Below the pieces are notes generated by a model. The model was not told the origin of the DNA. It saw nothing but the letters and a program-made list of their open reading frames with translations, and did not search any database. Made by a program: the position numbers and the translations under genes. From an archaeon (GTDB taxonomy: Archaea; EX4484-52; B79-G9), in assembly GCA_043813875.1 (NCBI GenBank), contig JBDRKP010000080.1:1-43370 (forward strand): DNA of 43,370 bases. Reading direction: 5' to 3'. How positions within the stretch are numbered: the stretch's first letter is position 1; each line of letters begins with the position of its first letter. This document shows, piece by piece, positions 20,657-30,671 of this stretch.

Positions 20657-23341
20657 ATGAAATTCAAAGAAATAGAACAAAAATGGCAAAAACGCTGGCA
20701 GAAAGACAAGATCTTCAAAGTGACCGAAGACAAGAGCAAGAAAAAATACTACTGCCTTGAGATGTTCCCCTACCCTTCAGGCAAGCTCCACATGGGCCAT
20801 GTCCGGAACTACTCAATCGGCGACTGCCTCGCAAGATACCGCCGCATGCAGGGCTGCAACGTCCTCTACCCCATGGGCTACGACTCACTCGGCCTCCCCG
20901 CAGAGAACGCAGCGATTAAAAACAACAGCCATCCAAAGACCTGGACCGAAAGATGCATCGGCATGATGCGCGAGCAGCAGGACATGATGGGCTTCTCATA
21001 CGACTGGGACAGGGAAGTCGACACCTACAGGCCCGAATACTACCGCTGGAACCAGTGGATATTCCTAAGGCTCATGGAAAAAGGCCTCGTCTACAAAAAA
21101 GAGGCCCCGATAAACTGGTGCGAAAAATGCGCCACAGTCCTCGCAAACGAGCAGGTAGAGGAAGGCAAATGCTGGCGCTGCCACAGCACAGTCACAGAAA
21201 AAAACCTGGAACAATGGTTCTTCAAAATAACCGCCTACGCAGACGAGCTCCTCGACGACCTAAAGAAACTCGAAGGCTGGCCTGAGCGCGTAAAAGTCAT
21301 GCAGAAGAACTGGATCGGAAAATCAGAAGGAACAGAGATCGAATTCAAAATAGACAAAAAAGACCTCACCATCTCCACATTCACCACAAGACCGGACACA
21401 GTATACGGCATAACATACCTCGTCCTCGCCCCTGAGCACCCCCTGATAGAAAAGCTCACCAAAGGCACAGCACACGAAAAGAAAGTACAGGACTTCATAA
21501 AAAAAGTAAAAAAAATGACAACAATAGACCGCACCGACGAGACAAAAGAAAAGAACGGCATATTCACAGGCAGCCACTTCATCAACCCCGCAAACGGTGA
21601 CAAATGCCCCATCTACATCGCAGACTACGCCCTGATGAGCTACGGCACAGGCGCAGTCATGGCCGTCCCCGCTCACGACCAGCGCGACTTCGAATTCGCA
21701 AAAAAATACAAGCTCCCCATAAAAATAGTCATAGAAAAAAAGAACAGCCCGCTAGACCCCAACACCATGAAAAAAGCATACACAGAACCCGGCATCATGA
21801 TCAACTCAGACAAGTTCAACAATATCGACAACGAGCAGGCAAAAGAAAAGATAACACAGCACCTCATAAAGATGGGTGCAGGCAAAAGAACAACCAACTA
21901 CAAGCTAAGAGACTGGCTCCTCTCAAGGCAGAGATACTGGGGCACCCCGATACCCATAATCAACTGCAAGAAATGCGGCGCAGTCCCCGTAAAAGAGTCC
22001 GACCTCCCGATCCTTCTCCCCGAAAACGCGAAATTCACAGGCATTGGAAACCCCTTGGACAGCGTCAAAGAATTCACAGAAACAAAATGCCCGAAATGCG
22101 GCGGCCCCGCGAAAAGAGAGACAGACACCATGGACACCTTCGTCGACTCCTCATGGTACTTCTTTCGCTACACATCGCCAAAAGAGACCACATCCCCGTT
22201 CGACAAAGACGCCGCAAGATACTGGATGCCCGTCGACCAGTACATCGGCGGCATAGAGCACGCCATCCTCCACCTCCTCTACGCAAGATTCTTCACAAAA
22301 GCCCTAAGAGATATCGGCCTGACAGACGCAGACGAGCCCTTCACCCGCCTCCTCGCCCAGGGCATGGTATTGAAAGACGGCGCAAAGATGTCAAAATCAC
22401 TCGGCAACGTAGTAGACCCCGGCGAGATAATAGACAGATACGGCGCAGACACCGCCCGGCTATTCATCCTCTTTGCCGCCCTCCCCGAAAAAGAACTCGA
22501 CTGGGATGACTTGGGCGCAAAAGCCGCCTACAGGTTCCTGAATAAGATATACAGGCTGACAGAATCAAACAAAAAGAACTACACAAAAGGCGACATCGAC
22601 ACGACAGGCCTAGACAACAACACAAAGCACCTCCTCTCAAAGACAGAAAAAGCCATAAAAGAAGTCACAGAAGACATCGAGAACTTCCGCTTAAGCTTCG
22701 CCATAGCAAAGATAATGGCGCTCACAAACGAGATCAGCAAGTACACAGAAAAAACCGAAAATCCGACAAGAATGCAAAAAATCGTACTCTCAAAAGCACT
22801 GGACACCCTCCTCCTCATCATGAGCCCCATCACCCCGCACTTAGCAGAAGAGAACTGGGAAAACCTCGGCAACAAGCCATACCTCTCAGTCCACCCATGG
22901 CCGAAACACGACGAATCCCACATAGACAAAGAGGCAGACCTTGCCGAAGACCTATTGAAATCGATACTCACAGACATAAAAGAGATCCAAAAGATCGTGA
23001 ACAAGACCCCGAAAAAGATAAACATCTACCTAAGCCCATCATACAAATACAAGATCTATCAAATTGCCCTAAGCAAGCCAAAGAACCTGGTAGCAGAGAT
23101 CATGAAAGACCAGGACATAAGAAAAGCAGGAAACGACGCAGTAAAATACGCAACAGCATTGAGCAAGCGCCCCGACCTGAAACCAGTAATGGAAGAATCA
23201 AAAGAAAAAAAGATAATCATCGAAGCAACAGACTTCTTCAAAAAAGAGCTAGACTGCGACATAGAGATAATAGAAAAAGAGACCGGAAGCGAGAAATCAA
23301 AGCGCTCAGAACCCCAGAAACCCGGCATCGAAATCTTGTGA
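20657..23341 (+). CDS. leuS: Leucine--tRNA ligase (bacterial-type core, archaeal-type C-terminal domain)
   Basis: [61 protein letters not shown] and KMSKS motifs. Confidence 0.97.
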   Translation: MKFKEIEQKWQKRWQKDKIFKVTEDKSKKKYYCLEMFPYPSGKLHMGHVRNYSIGDCLARYRRMQGCNVLYPMGYDSLGLPAENAAIKNNSHPKTWTERCIGMMREQQDMMGFSYDWDREVDTYRPEYYRWNQWIFLRLMEKGLVYKKEAPINWCEKCATVLANEQVEEGKCWRCHSTVTEKNLEQWFFKITAYADELLDDLKKLEGWPERVKVMQKNWIGKSEGTEIEFKIDKKDLTISTFTTRPDTVYGITYLVLAPEHPLIEKLTKGTAHEKKVQDFIKKVKKMTTIDRTDETKEKNGIFTGSHFINPANGDKCPIYIADYALMSYGTGAVMAVPAHDQRDFEFAKKYKLPIKIVIEKKNSPLDPNTMKKAYTEPGIMINSDKFNNIDNEQAKEKITQHLIKMGAGKRTTNYKLRDWLLSRQRYWGTPIPIINCKKCGAVPVKESDLPILLPENAKFTGIGNPLDSVKEFTETKCPKCGGPAKRETDTMDTFVDSSWYFFRYTSPKETTSPFDKDAARYWMPVDQYIGGIEHAILHLLYARFFTKALRDIGLTDADEPFTRLLAQGMVLKDGAKMSKSLGNVVDPGEIIDRYGADTARLFILFAALPEKELDWDDLGAKAAYRFLNKIYRLTESNKKNYTKGDIDTTGLDNNTKHLLSKTEKAIKEVTEDIENFRLSFAIAKIMALTNEISKYTEKTENPTRMQKIVLSKALDTLLLIMSPITPHLAEENWENLGNKPYLSVHPWPKHDESHIDKEADLAEDLLKSILTDIKEIQKIVNKTPKKINIYLSPSYKYKIYQIALSKPKNLVAEIMKDQDIRKAGNDAVKYATALSKRPDLKPVMEESKEKKIIIEATDFFKKELDCDIEIIEKETGSEKSKRSEPQKPGIEIL

Positions 23342-23469
23342 TTGCCCACATAAAGAAACCAAAAAAAAGAGAGCCGATTCCAGACATATGACAGACAGAT
23401 GAATGGCATAATCACCTCAAACACAACCAGACATAAAGCATAAATTAACAAGAATCCATAACTAATTCT

Positions 23470-24405
23470 ATGCAGGATAAAGACTACGCGATACAATTAA
23501 AAGACGTAAGGAAATCATACGGCAAAGACGAGATCCTGAAAGGCATAACCTTAGACATCGAAAAGAACCAGATATTCGGCATCCTGGGACCCAACGGCGC
23601 AGGCAAATCCACCCTAATCGGCATCCTCTCGACCCTCCTCACGCACGACAGCGGCGAAGTCACAATCCTAGGCATGGACCCAAAAAAAGACAGGGAAAAA
23701 ATAGCAGAAAAGACAAACATAAGCACCGGATCGACAAGCTTCATCTACATCTTCACGCCAAGAGAGATCCTCAGATACTACGGCCTCCTCGACGGCATAA
23801 GACAGCCCCGGCTCGACCAGAAAATCGATGAGCTAATCCGCGACCTGAAAATAACCTCCTTCCAGAACCAGCGCTTCACGACCCTCTCCACAGGCATGAA
23901 GCAGAAAGTCGCCCTCGCAAAATCCCTCATAAACGACCCCGAGATCCTCTACCTCGACGAGCTCACCATCGGCCTCGACATCGAGGTCGCAAGAGACATA
24001 AGAGACTACATAAGGACCCTGAACAAAGAAAAAAAGACAACCATCATCATAACATCCCACAACCTCTTCGAGATTGAAGAGCTCTGCCATAACATCGCCA
24101 TAATAAAAGGCGGAAAGATAATAGCAGAAGGTAAGATAAACGACATAAAAAAGCAGATAGAATTCAGGAACAGGATAACGATCGCCCTCTATGACGAGAA
24201 CATAGACACATCATTCCTGAACGAAATCGAAGACATCACAAGCCACAAGATCTCAGGACCTGAACTAACCATCTACACCAAAGAATCGCCCGAGATAGCA
24301 GAAAAGATAATAGGATTGCTCAAAGAAAGACGCATCAGGATAAAAGACCTCGAGATAAGGAAAGCAAGCCTGCAGGATGTCTTCCTGAAAATCGCAAAAA
24401 GGTGA
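23470..24405 (+). CDS. ABC-2 type exporter ATP-binding subunit
   Basis: GPNGAGKS, LSTGMKQ, LYLDE and TSH motifs. Confidence 0.93.
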   Translation: MQDKDYAIQLKDVRKSYGKDEILKGITLDIEKNQIFGILGPNGAGKSTLIGILSTLLTHDSGEVTILGMDPKKDREKIAEKTNISTGSTSFIYIFTPREILRYYGLLDGIRQPRLDQKIDELIRDLKITSFQNQRFTTLSTGMKQKVALAKSLINDPEILYLDELTIGLDIEVARDIRDYIRTLNKEKKTTIIITSHNLFEIEELCHNIAIIKGGKIIAEGKINDIKKQIEFRNRITIALYDENIDTSFLNEIEDITSHKISGPELTIYTKESPEIAEKIIGLLKERRIRIKDLEIRKASLQDVFLKIAKR

Positions 24406-25190
24406 AATACATTTTCGAGACGAAATACGCACACTTCTACAAGCTCTACATGATGACCATAAAAAGCAGCGGCGAAAAGGCATGGCTCTTCATCTATCCC
24501 TTAGTCGGCCTCTTCTCCATCGGCTTCCTCGCCGCCTACCTAAGATCAGTCGGCGGAGTACTCTCGACAATACACTTCATCCTCATAGGCGTAATCGTCT
24601 GGTCATTCTACGACCTCTGCCAGAAGGCCCCGGTCTACAGCCTCCTCTTCGACATCTGGGATCACTGCCTAAAACACAGCATCGTATCCCGCGCAACCAC
24701 CTACGACTTCATCATAGGTACCTCTGCATTCGGCCTTGTTAGCGCCATCTTCACGACCCTCTACCTAACGGCGGCAAGCATCATCTTCTTCGGCTTCAAC
24801 ATATTCGAAGGCGGCCCAGCAACAATAATCGCCCTCATATCCATCTTCATCTTCGCGACATCAATTGCCCTCCTCATAAACTCCCTCATAATCTCAAAAG
24901 ACAAAGAATACATGGTCCTCACATGGGCGATACCAGGCATAATAATGATATTCTCAGGCATATACTATCCCGTAGAATTCCTGCCAGGCATGGCGATACA
25001 CATATCCTACCTGCTCCCCACCACATACGCCATCACAGCCATCCGCGAATCCTTCGGCTTCACTTCAGCCGTCACAGGCTCCCTCGCAAAAGGCATGCTT
25101 CTCTCGCTCATCTACCTCGCGTTCTCGATAAAGATGTACATGTGGGGAATAAAGAGCGCCAAAAAGACCGGCACCACAATAACAGACTGA
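24402..25190 (+). CDS. ABC-2 type exporter permease
   Basis: Multi-TM protein with FSGIYYPV..LP and LPTTY; GTGA overlap with the ATPase gene. Confidence 0.9.
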   Translation: MKYIFETKYAHFYKLYMMTIKSSGEKAWLFIYPLVGLFSIGFLAAYLRSVGGVLSTIHFILIGVIVWSFYDLCQKAPVYSLLFDIWDHCLKHSIVSRATTYDFIIGTSAFGLVSAIFTTLYLTAASIIFFGFNIFEGGPATIIALISIFIFATSIALLINSLIISKDKEYMVLTWAIPGIIMIFSGIYYPVEFLPGMAIHISYLLPTTYAITAIRESFGFTSAVTGSLAKGMLLSLIYLAFSIKMYMWGIKSAKKTGTTITD

Positions 25191-25404
25191 AATTCACCGG
25201 ATATAGCCCCCAGATATATAAACCAAAATACCCAAAAATATTAAGGTGAAAGACACAAAGAAAGACGAGAGAATGTTCAAAATTCTAAACAACATACTCT
25301 AAAGACCACGAGAATTGACAGAACAATAGACAGACTCGAAAGAAAAACAGACACATACGTAGAAAAAAGAATCATAACCCAAAAAAAACAAAAGATGGAA
25401 TCGC

Positions 25405-26208
25405 ATGATAGACCTAAAAAAAACAGGACTGGACATAGAATACGACGAGAACAAGAAAGAGATGATATTTGAAGGAAAAAAAATCGCACCCACGATCCGC
25501 AGGCTAAAAGACATGGCAGACGTCATAACCGACAAGAAATGGCTGGGGACCGCCGAAAAGGAAATCAGGCTCTACTATATGTTCCGCGATATATCAAAAA
25601 AAGACGACAAAGAGACAATAGAAAAAAACAACCTAAGATACGACATAACAGTCATACCTCCAAACACACTGGGCCGCGAATACATAAAGACAGCAGGCCA
25701 CGCGCACCCACTCATACCGGACACAAGCGTCACCTACACAGAGCTATACGAAGTGATATCAGGCGAAGGCCTGTATCTCCTGCAGAAGACAGACGGCAAC
25801 AAAGTCAGGGACGCGTACTTCATAAAAGCAAAAGCAGGCGAAAAGATAATAATCCCGCCAGGCTACAGCCACATCACAATAAACACAAAAGACACGAGAT
25901 TGATAATGTCAAACTGGGTCGCCCGCAACTTCACATCACTCTATGAAAACATCAGGACCATGAAAGGTGGAGCATACTACGTAACAACAGAAAAGACAAT
26001 AAAAAACCCAGCATACGCCAACAGCTCAAACAAGATAAGATTCAAGAAACCAGACAACCCACAGATACTGGGCTTAAGAAAATCAGAGCCCATATACGGC
26101 ATGATAAAAGACCCGTTCCGCCTGAAATTCCTGACAGAGCCACAGAATCATCACAGGCTGTTCGAAGAGATCATGAAAAAGCCAGCCACAGAAACTCCAA
26201 TCGAATAA
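25405..26208 (+). CDS. pgi: Cupin-type glucose-6-phosphate isomerase family protein
   Basis: YYMFR, RYDITVIPP, EYIKTAGHAH, ELYEVISG and PPGYSHITIN motifs. Confidence 0.8.
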   Translation: MIDLKKTGLDIEYDENKKEMIFEGKKIAPTIRRLKDMADVITDKKWLGTAEKEIRLYYMFRDISKKDDKETIEKNNLRYDITVIPPNTLGREYIKTAGHAHPLIPDTSVTYTELYEVISGEGLYLLQKTDGNKVRDAYFIKAKAGEKIIIPPGYSHITINTKDTRLIMSNWVARNFTSLYENIRTMKGGAYYVTTEKTIKNPAYANSSNKIRFKKPDNPQILGLRKSEPIYGMIKDPFRLKFLTEPQNHHRLFEEIMKKPATETPIE

Positions 26209-26216
26209 CGGACAAA

Positions 26217-26483
26217 TCAATAATTATCAAGATCGCCAAGCAATCCCGTCCTCTTCTTCGCGGGAGTCGCAAACAACCTGTTCTCAAGATGATCCAGCCT
26301 CTTTGCGATAGCTTCCTGCTTCTTATATATCTCAAGCATCCCAAGCCACAACTGCATCATCTGCGGATTATCAGTCCCTTTATAGATATGTTCGTATTTA
26401 GACACCTGTGAAAGCAGGGCATTGAACTTGACAGAATTATCAGTATCCAATTTCGCTCTCCAGTCAAACTTCTCACGAGGCAT
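26217..26483 (-). CDS. Small hypothetical coiled-coil protein
   Basis: 88-aa ORF from MPREK, with TTTATAAT upstream. Confidence 0.65.
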   Translation of the reverse strand: MPREKFDWRAKLDTDNSVKFNALLSQVSKYEHIYKGTDNPQMMQLWLGMLEIYKKQEAIAKRLDHLENRLFATPAKKRTGLLGDLDNY

Positions 26484-26617
26484 ATCCAACAATTAAACGA
26501 TAAATTATAAAAAAGTTCCAGCATGAAACAGGAAAACCTCGTTGTGGCGTTACCACACAGAAACAGCAACGAATATTCAGACCATAAATAGACTTATAAA
26601 ACTTCTCCAAAAATATC

Positions 26618-27310
26618 ATGAATATGAAAGATGGAACATTCGTAGAACTTGAATTCACAGGCAGAATCACCGAGACAGGAGAGATTTTCGACCTGACAGA
26701 TGAACAACTCGCAAAAGAAAACAAGATCTATAACCCGAAAACAAGATACGGTCCAGTGACAATAATCATCGGCGAAAAAATGATCTTAAAAAGCCTGGAA
26801 GACGCCATAAAAAAGATGAAACCACAAGAAAAGAAAAAGATCACATTAAGCCCGGAAGAGTCCTTTGGAAAAAGAAACCCGGACCTCATGAAAGTATTCT
26901 CGCTCGCACATTTCAGGAGCCAGAAAATCACGCCGGTAGTCGGCCAGATCATAACTCTAGGCGACAACGTTTCAGGAAAAGTGCTGTCTGTTTCCGCCGG
27001 CCGCGTGAGAATTGACTTCAACCACCCGCTTGCAGGAAGGACCTTAGAATATGATCTGAAGCTGAACAAAGAGATAACAGAACCTCTAGACAAGATAGAA
27101 AACATAATGAACGGCTCTCTGGGTATCAGCAAAAAAGACATGACAATACAGATGACCAAAGAAAAGGCGACAATAGAGCTAAAGAACGCCGAAAAGATCC
27201 CGAATGAGATCAGATCAAAGATCATAGAATCAATCAAAAAGCACATAAAAGAGATAAAAGACGCAGAAATTATAGCTCCAAAGACAGAAGTTGCCAACAC
27301 GAAAAAGTAA
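26618..27310 (+). CDS. Long-type archaeal FKBP peptidyl-prolyl isomerase (SlyD-like)
   Basis: FTGR..GEIFD.T, PEESFGKR and IDFNHPLAG motifs plus a C-terminal extension. Confidence 0.9.
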   Translation: MNMKDGTFVELEFTGRITETGEIFDLTDEQLAKENKIYNPKTRYGPVTIIIGEKMILKSLEDAIKKMKPQEKKKITLSPEESFGKRNPDLMKVFSLAHFRSQKITPVVGQIITLGDNVSGKVLSVSAGRVRIDFNHPLAGRTLEYDLKLNKEITEPLDKIENIMNGSLGISKKDMTIQMTKEKATIELKNAEKIPNEIRSKIIESIKKHIKEIKDAEIIAPKTEVANTKK

Positions 27311-27408
27311 ATACTTAAAAAACTATCTGCATATTTAACAGCATAGAACCATTTAATGGTAACAAAAACACATAAACACCACAAAAATATAATATGTGAG
27401 GGATAATC

Positions 27409-28530
27409 ATGGACAAAATCATAAAGAATGTGTTGGATGAATCAAGAATAAATGCCGGAACAAAACAGGAACTCCCGGAAAAGCATAACAAATTAGATGA
27501 TAACCTGAAAGAGATACTCAAGAAAAGAAAAGCAGAAATCGTCGTCGTCGGCTGCGGTGGCGCAGGCAACAACACCATAGCAAGGCTCATGCAGGTCGGC
27601 ATCGAAGGCGCAAAAACAATCGCAATAAACACCGACGCCCAGGATCTGCTATACACGGACGCAGACGAGAAAATACTCATCGGAAAAGAGATAACAGAAG
27701 GACTCGGAGCTGGAGCCAATCCTAAAATAGGTGAAGCGGCAGCAAAAGAATCAAAAGAGACAGTAAAAAAGGCTCTGGACGGCGCAGACATGGTATTCGT
27801 GACATGCGGTCTTGGTGGTGGTACAGGTACAGGATCCGCACCCATAGTCGCGGAAATCGCCAAAAAGATAGGCGCTCTCACAGTAGCCATAGTGACGCTC
27901 CCATTCGCCATGGAAGGCAATCACCGTGCGAACAATGCAAAAATCGGCCTTGAGAAACTCGAGGAAGTGGTAGACACACTCATAATCATACCGAACGACA
28001 AGCTGATAGAGATGGTACCGGACGTATCGATAAACACAGCATTCAAAGTCGCAGACGAGATACTGGTAAACGCAGTAAAAGGCATAGCAGAACTCGTAAC
28101 AAAACCCGGTCTCATCAACCTGGACTTCGCAGATATCCGCGCAGTCATGGGCGAAGGAGGCATGGCGATGATAGGCATGGGCCAAAGCGACACAGAAAAC
28201 CGCGCTTACGAAGCAGTCCAGAAAGCTCTCACAAACCCTCTGCTCGAAGTAGACATCGACGGCGCGACCGGAGCGCTCATAAACGTAGCCGGTGGCGGCG
28301 ACCTGACATTGAAAGAGGCAAAAGAAGTCGTGAACGCAGTAACGACAAGACTATCGCCCGACGCCAAGATAATCTGGGGTGCGATGATCCAGCGCGAACT
28401 CGGCGACTCGATCAGAGTGCTTGTGATTGTTACAGGCGTAGAATCCCCGCAGATCTACAGCTCAGAAAAGACATTCAAAAGCGAACACAAAAAAGAGATC
28501 GAGCAAAGACTGGGCATAGACTTCATCTAA
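27409..28530 (+). CDS. ftsZ: Cell division protein FtsZ
   Basis: GCGGAGNN, NTDAQDL, GLGGGTGTG and NLDFAD motifs. Confidence 0.98.
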   Translation: MDKIIKNVLDESRINAGTKQELPEKHNKLDDNLKEILKKRKAEIVVVGCGGAGNNTIARLMQVGIEGAKTIAINTDAQDLLYTDADEKILIGKEITEGLGAGANPKIGEAAAKESKETVKKALDGADMVFVTCGLGGGTGTGSAPIVAEIAKKIGALTVAIVTLPFAMEGNHRANNAKIGLEKLEEVVDTLIIIPNDKLIEMVPDVSINTAFKVADEILVNAVKGIAELVTKPGLINLDFADIRAVMGEGGMAMIGMGQSDTENRAYEAVQKALTNPLLEVDIDGATGALINVAGGGDLTLKEAKEVVNAVTTRLSPDAKIIWGAMIQRELGDSIRVLVIVTGVESPQIYSSEKTFKSEHKKEIEQRLGIDFI

Positions 28531-28537
28531 GCCCGGC

Positions 28538-28578
28538 GCTTTTTTGATTTATTCTTTTAATTTATTTTTTTCTTTTAT
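28538..28578 (+). terminator. Oligo-T archaeal terminator after ftsZ
   Basis: Long T-rich tract right after the stop codon, on an otherwise T-poor strand. Confidence 0.6.
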
Positions 28579-28729
28579 AACCATTATTCTGATTTTATAT
28601 CATCGCGCTCCCGAACCAAGAACAACAAAAACGCACCAAGAAAGGAGCGACAAGTTTTTATTTTTCAACATTCAACTAATCATATAAGCTAGACTTAAAT
28701 ACCTACCAAGTATCTGAATAGATGATATC

Positions 28730-29830
28730 ATGAACAACACAAACCCCACCGGAACAGGAACACTGACAACAACCAACACAGCCTCAGGAATCCAGCCACC
28801 AATAATAGACAACAATGCAAATCCAACATCAACGAAAGCAAACACCGAACCAACAATCTCAAACTACACCGCATCTTCTGCCATCGACAACACACCAACA
28901 ATCAACACAGACCAGGCAATAAACTACACTATGACAACATCAAGCACACCATCCCCTGATCAAGGCAGGATTGGATCAGAGATAACACCACAATACACTG
29001 GAAAAGAGATATTACCAGTTCCATCAACAACATTATACTCAGATAGCATCATAAAAAAAGATACAAAACCCCAAAACACAATCCCAGACTATAATCTGAC
29101 AGGCACCATTCCAGTTCACCCGTCAACAGCGCCACCAAACATACAAAATATTTATTTAAAACCAGAGTTACCGCCATCACTCAATTACACAGGAAAAGCC
29201 ACACAATTCCAAAAAAAATATATTGAGCCAGAAACAGGAGAACTATCCATAAAAGACCTATACAAGCAGGCATTGGACAAGTACAAGATTAAAAAACACG
29301 AGATGAGCCTGAAAGAATTCATAGAAATCCTGACAGACAGCATAGACAAAGAAACCGAAGACACGCAATACATCAGCGCAATAGAGATTGCATTGAAATA
29401 CATGAGCGGTCCGATAAACCCGCATAACACAGACCTCTATGCGCTCGTAACAGGAGACAATACAGATTTCGAAGATTACAAACAAGAAGCAGAAGCATAT
29501 TTAGAATTCTTCAATATGGCAGATATAACATACAAGGACGAAAAACTCACAAAAATCATAGACACAGGATCAGTAGAACTGATGAGACATGTCAGCGCGA
29601 TAACACCCGAAATCAGAGACTACCTGATCGGTTTAGACAAGGACATAACCACATACATCGAAAATAGCAACATCAAAGAAGCAGAACAGGTAGACAACGC
29701 AATCCTCAGATATATGGAATCAAGCACCATACCCGCAATCAAAGATATAAAGATAAACCTGCCGAAAATAACCGACAAATATCCGCTAATCACCCCGGAC
29801 AGGAGCGGAATAATTCCTAAAAGCGCATAA
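28730..29830 (+). CDS. Hypothetical protein with Thr/Pro/Asn-rich N-terminal half
   Basis: 366-aa ORF with host-like codon usage; no motif recognised. Confidence 0.7.
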   Translation: MNNTNPTGTGTLTTTNTASGIQPPIIDNNANPTSTKANTEPTISNYTASSAIDNTPTINTDQAINYTMTTSSTPSPDQGRIGSEITPQYTGKEILPVPSTTLYSDSIIKKDTKPQNTIPDYNLTGTIPVHPSTAPPNIQNIYLKPELPPSLNYTGKATQFQKKYIEPETGELSIKDLYKQALDKYKIKKHEMSLKEFIEILTDSIDKETEDTQYISAIEIALKYMSGPINPHNTDLYALVTGDNTDFEDYKQEAEAYLEFFNMADITYKDEKLTKIIDTGSVELMRHVSAITPEIRDYLIGLDKDITTYIENSNIKEAEQVDNAILRYMESSTIPAIKDIKINLPKITDKYPLITPDRSGIIPKSA

Positions 29831-29840
29831 ATTCAAAACC

Positions 29841-29848
29841 TTTATAAA
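29841..29848 (+). promoter_or_regulatory. TATA box (with upstream A-rich BRE) for the secE-spt5-ribosomal protein operon
   Basis: CAAAACC-TTTATAAA. Confidence 0.6.
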
Positions 29849-29903
29849 TCTAACCCCAAATAAATAAACAACATAATTCAAAGAACCTCACGAACCACAA
29901 CAA

Positions 29904-29989
29904 CGGATTTGCCCGCAAACACTACCTTTGGTAGAAGGGGCTAATTCTTGGCAACAGCCAGAAACCCGGACGAAACTAGAAACAGTTTC
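29904..29989 (+). ncRNA. Candidate structured cis-regulatory leader RNA upstream of secE
   Basis: Nested stems: CGGATTT/AAACCCG, GCCC/GGGC, CTACC/GGTAG, TGGC/GCCA, then GAAACT/AGTTTC. Confidence 0.45.
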
Positions 29990-30011
29990 ATAAAAAATAC
30001 ATGTGGAACCA

Positions 30012-30200
30012 ATGGAACTAAACCTAAAACAGAAAATACAGGAAGGAATGCGCGTCCTGAAGATCACAAAAAAGCCTGCAAAACCCGAATACACCGCAGC
30101 CATAAAGATCACAGGCCTCGGAATACTGCTGATAGGAGCCATCGGCTTATTGATATTCATGCTAGCAAAAATATCCGGATATATACCAAGTTCACTATAA
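30012..30200 (+). CDS. secE: Protein translocase SecE/Sec61-gamma
   Basis: RVLKITKKP..EY...KITGLGILLIGAIG; conserved position before spt5. Confidence 0.93.
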   Translation: MELNLKQKIQEGMRVLKITKKPAKPEYTAAIKITGLGILLIGAIGLLIFMLAKISGYIPSSL

Positions 30201-30220
30201 CCATTAGAAGCGTGTTAAAA

Positions 30221-30652
30221 ATGCCAATATACACAATAAGGACAACAGTAGGTCGTGAAAGAACAGTCCTCGACTCACTTGACGCAAAACTCAAGAACAA
30301 CAGCGCGGGAATCAAAGCAATAATGAGCCCAAGCGAACTGAAAGGATACTTCTTCATAGAAGGCACAGAAGAAGACATCCACAAAGCCATACAGGGAATC
30401 CCGCACATCAAAGGCATAATAAACAAGCCGATACCAGTAGAAGAACTATCCAACTTCTATTCACAGGAAGTAAAAGAGATAACAATCAAAGAAGGCGACA
30501 TCGTCGAAGTCATCGGCGGTCCGTTCAAGCGCGAGAAAGCGAAAATAGTAAGGATAGACGAAACAAAAAGAGAAGCAAGAATAGAACTGGTCGAATCCGC
30601 AGTACCGATTCCGATCACAATCAAACTCGACCTCCTCAAAGCGATACGATAA
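30221..30652 (+). CDS. spt5: Transcription elongation factor Spt5/NusG
   Basis: RTTVGRE, LKGYFFIE and KOW motif GDIVEVIGGPFK; true start is ATG 30221, not 29948. Confidence 0.95.
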   Translation: MPIYTIRTTVGRERTVLDSLDAKLKNNSAGIKAIMSPSELKGYFFIEGTEEDIHKAIQGIPHIKGIINKPIPVEELSNFYSQEVKEITIKEGDIVEVIGGPFKREKAKIVRIDETKREARIELVESAVPIPITIKLDLLKAIR

Positions 30653-30671
30653 TAATGATAAAGGTAATCAC

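Noticed and set aside
29904..29980. Hammerhead ribozyme (three-stem layout, GAAAC and GGACGAAAC)
   Set aside because: The core reads CTAATTC instead of CTGANGA and there is no properly paired NUH site; kept only as a generic structured leader.
29948..30220. N-terminal extension of Spt5 given in the ORF track
   Set aside because: Overlaps secE in another frame; Spt5 homology begins at ATG 30221.
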